Source: Bacilli bacterium (GTDB taxonomy: Bacteria; Bacillota_I; Bacilli_A; RFN20; CAG-826). Taken from it: DNA of 60,422 nt. Both the position numbers and the translations under genes were made by a program. Positions 47,377 to 55,009 of the stretch are shown here, in pieces. The notes under the pieces are model-generated. The model had not been told where the DNA came from and made no database searches. It was given only the letters and a program-made list of their open reading frames with translations. The number at the start of each line of letters is the position of its first letter. Positions within the stretch are counted from its first letter, which is position 1. The stretch spans positions 1-60,422 of the forward strand of contig JBMSKF010000006.1 of NCBI GenBank assembly GCA_049419605.1, given 5' to 3'.

Positions 47377-49072
47377 AACTAGACCATGGTGGCAACACGC
47401 CATTGGATATCAAATTTATCCTCGTTCTTTTTACGATAGTAATCAGGATGGAATTGGCGACCTTAACGGCATTCGTTTAAAACTACCTCACCTGCATCAA
47501 TTAGGGGTGAATTTATTATGGATATGTCCCTTTTTTGCTTCACCCATGGATGATTATGGGTATGATGTGAAAGATTATTTCCAGGTCGATCCAATGTTTG
47601 GAAGCCTTGAAGATTTTCAAGCACTACTTAAAGAAGCTCACTCCATGGGAATTCGAATCATTATTGATTTGGTTCTTAATCATACCAGTGATGAACACCG
47701 CTGGTTTATGGAAGCAAGGAAAAATCAATATTCTAAATACCATCAATATTACATTTGGAAAGATCCGCGAAAAACTGAAGAAGGTCAATTACTACCTCCA
47801 ACCAATTGGAGAGGGTATTTTTCTGATAGTGCATGGCATTATGATGATACGGTCAAACAATATTACTTAAAAATATTTTCTAAAAAAATGCCTGATTTAA
47901 ATTGGGAAAACAAAGCAATGCGTCAAGATATGTACGACGTCGCGAAGTTTTGGTTAGATCTTGGGGTGGATGGTTTTCGTTTAGATGCGTTGGCCCATTT
48001 AGCAAAAGACTTAACATTCACAAATTCAACATTACCTGTAGATCCTGATGGAATGGTCCTTGATGCGAGTAAATTTTCATCATTAGCAAGAGTGTTTGAT
48101 TACCTCAAAGAATTTAAAGAAGAAGTGTTAAGCAAATATCCAGAGGCATTTACGATTGGTGAAGTAGGAGGCGGTGTATCCCCTGACCAGTCCTTACAGT
48201 ATGTTCATCCCCAAAGGGGTTACCTTAACATGGTATTTAATTTTGATACCTGTTGGGAAAATGGCGCGTTTGGATCTGACCTTAAAGCTGATCATGAAAT
48301 TAAAACTAATGTAATCCAGCTTAAACAAAATTTTATGAAATGGTATGAAATTGTTTCTCCACAAGCCGCACTTCCAGTCTACTGGTTGAATCATGATCAT
48401 CCTCGGGTTGTTTCCCAATATGGTTCCATTCGTTATCGTAAAGAATCGGCTACAATGCTTGCGACCACCTTGCTATTTTTATATGGCACTCCGTTTATTT
48501 ACAATGGTGAAGAAATCGGAATGAGTAATGTGGATTATGAGAAACTTATTCAATTCAAAGATGTCTCCGCATTACAATATGCCAAGCAAGCCTCAGATCG
48601 AATGGATGAATCGACTATTCTTCGGTTTTTAAGACGAACCTCAAGGGTGAATGCTCGGACCCCGTTTCAATGGAGTGATGAACCCTTTGCAGGTTTTTCA
48701 AAAGTAGAACCAACGTTACAAGTTAATGGAAATTATCGCGAAGTCAATCTTGCAAAGCAAAAATTAGACCCTAAATCGATCTTTAATTTTTATCGTAAAG
48801 CAATTGCCTTAAGAAAAACACCTCAAATAATGGAAACTGTCTTAGAAGGAAAATTATCACTTGTCGATCCAATGAATCCTGATGTTTTTGCTTATATCCA
48901 TGAAGGTAGACCTTCGCTATTAGTGGTCAGTAATTTTAGAGCATTTGAAGTTGAATTTAAGGTTAATTATCTTATTAACAAGGTGTTACTCCATAATTAT
49001 TCTACGATTGAAAAACGTGGTTTAAATTTAATCTTAAGACCATTTGAATCCTATTTATTTGAAGTAGAATGA
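47369..49072 (+). CDS. GH13 alpha-glucosidase / oligo-1,6-glucosidase
   Basis: YQIYPRSF.DSN.DGIGDL, DLVLNHTSDEH, GVDGFRLD, TIGEV and NHDHPR. TTG start chosen from SD AAGGAG; the alternative is ATG 47345. Confidence 0.92.
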   Translation: MNKTRPWWQHAIGYQIYPRSFYDSNQDGIGDLNGIRLKLPHLHQLGVNLLWICPFFASPMDDYGYDVKDYFQVDPMFGSLEDFQALLKEAHSMGIRIIIDLVLNHTSDEHRWFMEARKNQYSKYHQYYIWKDPRKTEEGQLLPPTNWRGYFSDSAWHYDDTVKQYYLKIFSKKMPDLNWENKAMRQDMYDVAKFWLDLGVDGFRLDALAHLAKDLTFTNSTLPVDPDGMVLDASKFSSLARVFDYLKEFKEEVLSKYPEAFTIGEVGGGVSPDQSLQYVHPQRGYLNMVFNFDTCWENGAFGSDLKADHEIKTNVIQLKQNFMKWYEIVSPQAALPVYWLNHDHPRVVSQYGSIRYRKESATMLATTLLFLYGTPFIYNGEEIGMSNVDYEKLIQFKDVSALQYAKQASDRMDESTILRFLRRTSRVNARTPFQWSDEPFAGFSKVEPTLQVNGNYREVNLAKQKLDPKSIFNFYRKAIALRKTPQIMETVLEGKLSLVDPMNPDVFAYIHEGRPSLLVVSNFRAFEVEFKVNYLINKVLLHNYSTIEKRGLNLILRPFESYLFEVE

Positions 49073-49647
49073 AAACGGAAAATTGTTTCTATCTGGTTTG
49101 CCAATCACCTTTTAATGATGAGCCTTTTCGTAAAACCATTGAAGATGTGATTGGTAAGCGGATTCGCTGGCAACGATTACATCAAGATCAAGTTGCCTTC
49201 TTTACAAGTGTGGATAGTCGGGCAACATTACAAACTTATCTTGATACTTATCAACAAGAATACAATTTAAAATTTCACATACTTAAAACATACCGACTCC
49301 ACCCATTAGGGGAATCTGCTTCGCGTATTGCGATCCGGAAAAATCCTGGCAAAGTGGATAGTCTTGGTGATTTAATTTTACAACTCATGTTTGATGGCAA
49401 TAAGGTCTTATTGCCTTTGATCGTGAAGGAGTTTTCCTCGGTCCCTCGTCACTTAATGCAAACTGCATCGATGTTGCTAGCGTGCGACTTAAAAGCAACT
49501 CTAGCCAGTGAACGCTTATATGTCCATCGTAATACTTTTGCGTATCGCCTTAATCAGTTTGTAAATTTAACGGGACTAGATATTCGTCAGCACGATCATG
49601 CTTTACTTTTTTCCTTGGTTGAGAAAATCATGAGTCAACAAGGTTGA
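49069..49647 (+). CDS. PucR/CdaR-family HTH transcriptional regulator
   Basis: C-terminal ASERLYVHRNTFAYRLNQF...TGLDIR (PucR C-terminal HTH), upstream of msmX. Confidence 0.85.
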   Translation: MKTENCFYLVCQSPFNDEPFRKTIEDVIGKRIRWQRLHQDQVAFFTSVDSRATLQTYLDTYQQEYNLKFHILKTYRLHPLGESASRIAIRKNPGKVDSLGDLILQLMFDGNKVLLPLIVKEFSSVPRHLMQTASMLLACDLKATLASERLYVHRNTFAYRLNQFVNLTGLDIRQHDHALLFSLVEKIMSQQG

Positions 49648-49669
49648 TTTGTGCATTATGCACAAATCA
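49645..49669. promoter_or_regulatory. Perfect inverted repeat, probable operator upstream of msmX
   Basis: TGATTTGTGCA-TTA-TGCACAAATCA with no T tail. Confidence 0.65.
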
Positions 49670-49711
49670 TGGTAAACTAACCTTGATATAATTTTTTCAA
49701 GGAGAAAACAA

Positions 49712-50809
49712 ATGGCAGAAGTAGTATTGAAGAATATTAACAAGATTTACGACAATAAGGTTCAAGCCGTTTTTGATTTTAATCTTGAAGTGAAAGATAA
49801 AGAATTTATTGTTTTAGTCGGACCTTCAGGTTGTGGTAAATCAACCACACTTCGAATGATTGCTGGCTTAGAAGATATTACCAATGGCGAACTTTATATT
49901 GACGGGACGCTTCGTAACGATACACCACCTAAAGATCGTGATATCGCCATGGTGTTCCAATCCTATGCTTTGTATCCTCACATGACTGTGTTTGATAATT
50001 TAGCTTTTGGTTTGAAAATTCGCCATATCAATAAGGAAGAAATTCGTGAACGCGTTTACCGCGCTGCTAAAATTTTAGAAATCGAAAAATTATTAGATCG
50101 CAAACCAAAGCAACTTTCTGGTGGTCAACGTCAACGTGTTGCCTTAGGTAGAGCCATCGTAAGAAATGCAAAAGTGTTTTTAATGGATGAACCTTTATCA
50201 AACCTTGACGCTAAACTTCGGGTGCAAATGCGCGCTGAAATTATCAAACTCCATGAAAGTATTGGTGCAACCACCATCTATGTTACCCATGACCAAACCG
50301 AAGCCATGACGATGGCAAGCCGTATTGTGGTCATGAAGGGTGGCTATGTGATGCAAATTGGCTCACCGATTGAAATCTATAACAACCCAGCGAATTTATT
50401 CGTTGCCGCTTTTATAGGATCTCCTGCGATGAATTTGATGGATGTAAAGTATAAAGATGGTCATATTTATTTTGCAGATGGTTTAAAAGTTGAACTTCCA
50501 GAAAAATTTAAAAAAGCCTTAAAGACATATGAAAATAAAGAAGTCGTGTTTGGGATCCGTCCAGAAGATTCCCATCGTGACGACGCTGCTTTAGAAAAAC
50601 TTTATCCTACTGCAGTTTTAAAGAGCACGATCAAGGTTGCAGAATTGTTAGGACATGAATATATTATTCATACCGACCTCGCTGGTAACAATCTTATTAG
50701 TAAGATTGATGCCCTACATACCTATCGGATTGGGGATCCAATTCGCCTTGTGTTAAATTTAGAAAAAGCCCATATCTTTGATAGAGAAACACAAAAAACC
50801 ATTATTTAA
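49712..50809 (+). CDS. msmX: Sugar ABC transporter ATPase MsmX/MalK
   Basis: GPSGCGKST, LSGGQRQRVALGR, DEPLSNLDAKLR, YVTHDQ and a TOBE domain. Confidence 0.93.
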   Translation: MAEVVLKNINKIYDNKVQAVFDFNLEVKDKEFIVLVGPSGCGKSTTLRMIAGLEDITNGELYIDGTLRNDTPPKDRDIAMVFQSYALYPHMTVFDNLAFGLKIRHINKEEIRERVYRAAKILEIEKLLDRKPKQLSGGQRQRVALGRAIVRNAKVFLMDEPLSNLDAKLRVQMRAEIIKLHESIGATTIYVTHDQTEAMTMASRIVVMKGGYVMQIGSPIEIYNNPANLFVAAFIGSPAMNLMDVKYKDGHIYFADGLKVELPEKFKKALKTYENKEVVFGIRPEDSHRDDAALEKLYPTAVLKSTIKVAELLGHEYIIHTDLAGNNLISKIDALHTYRIGDPIRLVLNLEKAHIFDRETQKTII

Positions 50810-50822
50810 ACAATCTTCAATT

Positions 50823-50852
50823 AAAAAAACCATTGAAATCACAATGGTTTTT
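50823..50852 (+). terminator. Terminator after msmX
   Basis: AAAAACCATTG-AAATCA-CAATGGTTTTT. Confidence 0.8.
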
Positions 50853-50915
50853 ATCTTGGTAAAAATTGATAAATAATCGGTATAATTTGATGTGGAATTA
50901 AAAGGAGTAACGGTT

Positions 50916-52385
50916 ATGCGTACTTCAGGAATTTTATTAGCAGTATCCTCACTTCCCTCGCAATATGGGATTGGTGATTTTGGTAAAGAGGCTTATACCT
51001 TCATTGATTTATTAGTGAAGAGTAAGATGAAACTATGGCAAGTTTTGCCATTAAATCCACTTGGATATGGTAATTCCCCATACCAACCTTATTCATCAAA
51101 GGCGATGGATGAGTTGTATTTGTCTTTAGATTTACTGCATGAACAAGGGCTTATTAAAAAGCCAAAACCATTCAATGCCAATGCCACTAAAGTGGCCTAT
51201 GATACCGTTAGACAATTTAAGAGCAAATATTTCCAGGAAGCTTTTGCTAATTTTAGACCCAATACTGCTTATCTTAATTTTCTCAAAGAAAATCCTTGGG
51301 TCGAGATGTATGCAATTTTTGTTACCTTCAAAGAACAACATCAATTACAGATGTGGACTACTTGGCAAAAAGAATTTAAAACTTATGTTAAGAATAAAGC
51401 ATTAGATTTAACGCCATATCTACCGCGTATTCAATACCATCAAATGATTCAATTTCTACTTTTTCAACAATTCTACGCGTTAAAACAATATGCGAATCGT
51501 CAAGGAATTCAACTGGTTGGGGATATCCCAATTTATGTCGGTATAGACTCGATTGATGTATGGATGAATCAATCTCAATTCATGATTACTTCTGAAGGAG
51601 AACCTACTCATATCGCAGGGGTTCCGCCCGATTATTTTTCAAAAACCGGTCAACGTTGGGGAAATCCTCTCTATCGTTGGGATGTGATGGAAAAAGATGG
51701 TTTTAAATTTTGGATTGATCGCTTAGGATTTAACGCGACATTATTTGATATCATTCGCATCGATCATTTCCGTGCTTTTGATACTTATTGGAAAATTCCT
51801 GCTAGCTGTCCCACTGCAGTTGAAGGAGCCTGGATTGAAGCACCTGGTTATGCTTTATTTGATACGATTTATCAACAACTACCAAAGATCAATATTATCG
51901 CTGAAGATTTAGGTGATTTAAGACCTCAAGTGTTAGCATTACGTGATCATTATCATTTACCGGGAATGAAAATTTTTCAATTTGAATTTCCTATTTATCC
52001 TGACGGAAATGGAACTATGCCAAAACCAATTGTCCCAACTTTTGTAGACAATGCGGTGGCATATACGGGTACCCATGATAATCAAACAACGATGGGTTGG
52101 TATCAAAACCTAAAACTTTCTTCACAAGAACAGTTAAAAATCTTTTTGAAAGGTTTGCAAGGAACCATCGCTGAACAATTATGTCAATTAACGTTAAACA
52201 GCGCAGTTAAATATGCAATTTTACCGATGCAGGATATCTTGTCTTTAGATGATCAAGCTAGAATGAATGTACCTGGAACGATTGGGTCACCAAATTGGGA
52301 ATGGAAATTAAAAGATTTTACACTCTATGAAAAACGAATTAACACAATCAAAACATGGGTGGTCAATGCAAAGCGTTCTGACTGA
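50916..52385 (+). CDS. malQ: 4-alpha-glucanotransferase (amylomaltase, GH77)
   Basis: GVPPDYFSKTGQRWGNPLY, RIDHFR, IAEDLG and YTGTHDN motifs. Confidence 0.96.
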   Translation: MRTSGILLAVSSLPSQYGIGDFGKEAYTFIDLLVKSKMKLWQVLPLNPLGYGNSPYQPYSSKAMDELYLSLDLLHEQGLIKKPKPFNANATKVAYDTVRQFKSKYFQEAFANFRPNTAYLNFLKENPWVEMYAIFVTFKEQHQLQMWTTWQKEFKTYVKNKALDLTPYLPRIQYHQMIQFLLFQQFYALKQYANRQGIQLVGDIPIYVGIDSIDVWMNQSQFMITSEGEPTHIAGVPPDYFSKTGQRWGNPLYRWDVMEKDGFKFWIDRLGFNATLFDIIRIDHFRAFDTYWKIPASCPTAVEGAWIEAPGYALFDTIYQQLPKINIIAEDLGDLRPQVLALRDHYHLPGMKIFQFEFPIYPDGNGTMPKPIVPTFVDNAVAYTGTHDNQTTMGWYQNLKLSSQEQLKIFLKGLQGTIAEQLCQLTLNSAVKYAILPMQDILSLDDQARMNVPGTIGSPNWEWKLKDFTLYEKRINTIKTWVVNAKRSD

Positions 52386-52451
52386 AATTTAATATGGTAT
52401 GACGAGTTTGGTGTGATAAGATTAAATCAGTTCATTGAAGGAGAATCTTCC

Positions 52452-53159
52452 ATGGCCACACCACACATTCAAGCTACATTAGGAGACTTTGCAAAAACGG
52501 TTTTAATGCCGGGTGATCCTTTACGTGCGAAGTTTATCGCAGATACTTTTTTAAAAGATGTAAAACAAGTTAATGCAGTTAGAAATATGTTTGGGTTTAC
52601 TGGCACTTATAAAGGTAAACGCGTTTCCATCATGGCCTCTGGGATGGGAATGCCGAGTATGGGTATCTATTCCCACGAACTTTATACTTCCTTTGGCGTC
52701 GAGACGATTATTCGTGTAGGGACCACTGGTGCTTACATGAAAGCAGCAAAACTATACGATATTATCATTGCTCAAGGGGCTAGTACAGATAGCAATTGGG
52801 CTAGTCAATTTCAACTTAGAAACGGAACATTTTCTGCTTTAGCAAGTTATCCTTTAGTGGAACGTGCTGTAAACGCTTGCCGCGATCACCATTTACCTTT
52901 TCATGTAGGTAATGTTTTAAGCAGCGATGTATTTTATGATGTTGATCCAGATAAATGGAAAAAATGGGAAGCCCTTGGTGTTCTTGGCGTAGAAATGGAA
53001 GCCTATGCTTTATATGCGAATGCGGCAAGATTAGGTAAACAAGCCTTAGCCATGATGTCTGTTTCTGATTCGTTTCATTACAAAGAAATTCTTACACCTG
53101 AACAACGAGAAGTCGGTTTGAAAAAAATGCTCGAGATCGCTTTAGAAATTGCCCCATGA
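52452..53159 (+). CDS. deoD: Purine nucleoside phosphorylase DeoD-type
   Basis: TPHI, VLMPGDPLRAKFIA, GMGMPS, IIRVGT and VEMEA motifs. Confidence 0.96.
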   Translation: MATPHIQATLGDFAKTVLMPGDPLRAKFIADTFLKDVKQVNAVRNMFGFTGTYKGKRVSIMASGMGMPSMGIYSHELYTSFGVETIIRVGTTGAYMKAAKLYDIIIAQGASTDSNWASQFQLRNGTFSALASYPLVERAVNACRDHHLPFHVGNVLSSDVFYDVDPDKWKKWEALGVLGVEMEAYALYANAARLGKQALAMMSVSDSFHYKEILTPEQREVGLKKMLEIALEIAP

Positions 53160-53806
53160 ATTTTGACAATTTGACCCAAACGCAAATCGCAATTATTGCC
53201 ATCCTAGGAACTTTTATTCTCGTTTCTTTTCTCTTTTTGCTGCAACCATTTTTGAAAAGACAGTATGCGATTCGTAATCTTCATAAAATCTTTAATGAGA
53301 AAATCCATCGATATGTGACTGAAAAGGATTTTTATTTGATACCGCAAGTGAAAGTAAAATTACCTGGAAACCGTGATGTGATTATTGACCATTTAGTTTT
53401 TGGGGATAAGTATATTTATGCAATTAAGGATTTGTACTTTGAAGGTGGCTTATTAGGAAAAGGTAGCGATAAAGAATGGTCTTATTATGAATACAAACAT
53501 CATGAGCCTAAATATCGGTATATCCCTAATCCATTCATCCTGAATCGCCAACGAATCGAAAAACTCATCATGGTTACGGGATTAAATCCTAATTTATTTA
53601 TTTCAGTGATCTTGGTGAATAATGACGCCATGATTAATCGTATTCCAGTAAGTGAAGATAACCAATTTATTGTTACGATTCGGCAGTTTCCTAGATTACT
53701 TGATGCAATTGAAAGTCGTGAAACTCCACCCTTTAAATCTCAAATCCTTGATAAGGCTGTTATTGATATTAACGAAATGAATATTAAGAATAAAAAAATA
53801 AAATAG
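53156..53806 (+). CDS. Membrane-anchored NERD-like domain protein
   Basis: N-terminal TM followed by IDHLVFGDKYIYAI..Y.EG...W and NP..LN, a NERD pattern. The ExK motif is degenerate. Confidence 0.65.
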   Translation: MNFDNLTQTQIAIIAILGTFILVSFLFLLQPFLKRQYAIRNLHKIFNEKIHRYVTEKDFYLIPQVKVKLPGNRDVIIDHLVFGDKYIYAIKDLYFEGGLLGKGSDKEWSYYEYKHHEPKYRYIPNPFILNRQRIEKLIMVTGLNPNLFISVILVNNDAMINRIPVSEDNQFIVTIRQFPRLLDAIESRETPPFKSQILDKAVIDINEMNIKNKKIK

Positions 53807-53809
53807 CTA

Positions 53810-54229
53810 TTATTTTTTAGATTTCTTTTCTTTAATTAATGCGTTTAAATCTTCTGTTATTTTTTTGTTTTGGCCGTGGTGGATTGCAATCGTGATGGTG
53901 TATGCAATTAAATATATGATAATAATGAGGTAGACTAAGCCGATTATTCTAGAAAATACAGGAGAATAAATGACACGCATGATTGGTGCGATGGGTAAAA
54001 TAAGAATAAGTGAGACCATAATACTGATGATGCCGCTTCCCCATTTCATTTGATAAACTTTGATTGCAAAATGAATGAGCAGTGAGATAACTAAAGAACC
54101 CAAAACATATTCAATAAGAAAAACTTGGCCTTCAATTCTAGGAATAATGTTCGTTAAAATCCCAAGCAATCCCATGACGATGGAGACGATTGTGTATATT
54201 TTGCTAAATCCATTTAGTATGTTTTTCAT
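53810..54229 (-). CDS. 4-TM membrane protein (DUF3021-like LytTR inhibitor)
   Basis: Four TM and a C-terminal KKITEDLNALI. Overlaps the stop of the LytTR gene. Confidence 0.7.
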   Translation of the reverse strand: MKNILNGFSKIYTIVSIVMGLLGILTNIIPRIEGQVFLIEYVLGSLVISLLIHFAIKVYQMKWGSGIISIMVSLILILPIAPIMRVIYSPVFSRIIGLVYLIIIIYLIAYTITIAIHHGQNKKITEDLNALIKEKKSKK

Positions 54230-54666
54230 TTTTTCATTACTCCTAGTTTTGCTTTAATACTTTTGACATACATCCTGCTTATTTCAATGCGATCGCCATT
54301 ATCGAGCATGGCTTCCAACTTGCTATTTAATAAAGGGCGAAAACTTTGCAGAACATGGTAATTTAGGATGGTATTTTTACTCACTCTAATAAAGGGATCA
54401 CCCCAAGCCTCAATCTCGTATAATTTTTCGGGAATAAGGTAACTATCTTGTTTTGTATAGATGATAGTTTGTTCATCTTGACTTTCAATATAGTAAATAT
54501 CCATTCGTTGAATGCGAAATTGCCGATCAGCTTTTTTTCCTAATATGGTCCCTTGTGATTCAGATAAAAAGGTTTTAAGTCTCTCAACTTCGGGATGACC
54601 TTCTTGTGCTTCAATGGTGACTTCAGGTTCTATTTTATTTGGATTTTGAACAAATTTAATTTTCAT
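54226..54666 (-). CDS. Stand-alone LytTR-family regulator (no receiver domain)
   Basis: MKIK...EPEVTIEA N-terminus, IYYIES, KLYEIE, FIRVSKNTILN and L.NG.RIEISRMYVK. Confidence 0.9.
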   Translation of the reverse strand: MKIKFVQNPNKIEPEVTIEAQEGHPEVERLKTFLSESQGTILGKKADRQFRIQRMDIYYIESQDEQTIIYTKQDSYLIPEKLYEIEAWGDPFIRVSKNTILNYHVLQSFRPLLNSKLEAMLDNGDRIEISRMYVKSIKAKLGVMKK

Positions 54667-54702
54667 AAGGTAATTATAATCATTATCACAACATAACGCA
54701 TT

Positions 54703-54735
54703 TTCATTAGGTAACTTTCCTTCTTCAAGGGTTAA
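54703..54735 (-). promoter_or_regulatory. Imperfect direct repeat with 21-bp period, candidate LytTR site
   Basis: Minus strand TTAACCCTTGAA and TTACCTAATGAA (8/12 identical), 24 nt upstream of TATAAT at 54678-54673. Confidence 0.5.
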
Positions 54736-54740
54736 GATAC

Positions 54741-54766
54741 AAAAAAACCTCCTTATCGGAGGTTTT
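54741..54766 (-). terminator. Terminator after tRNA-Gly
   Basis: AAAAAAACCTCC-TTATC-GGAGGTTTTT. Confidence 0.85.
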
Positions 54767-54776
54767 TATATCAAAT

Positions 54777-54850
54777 TGGAGCAGGTGACGGGAATCGAAC
54801 CCGCGTATCAACCTTGGCAAGGTTGTGTTCTACCATTGAACTACACCTGC
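54777..54850 (-). tRNA. tRNA-Gly (GCC)
   Basis: Minus strand GCAGGTG/CACCTGC acceptor stem, CAACC-TTGCCAA-GGTTG, U73 and CCA. Confidence 0.96.
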
Positions 54851-55009
54851 AATGCTTTTATATTATAGCGATAGTTGAGATAAAGTTGCAAGAATAATTC
54901 TTTTTTCAATTGAAAAGTGTATAAAAAACAACCTTGAAATAATCTATAAATTTATTGCGTTCAATGGTATGATATGAATAGTAAAAAATACATTGGTGGA
55001 GGGTTTGCA

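Noticed and set aside
49645-49669. Palindrome as an intrinsic terminator
   Set aside because: It has AT-rich arms, a 3-nt loop and no U tract on either strand; an operator fits better.
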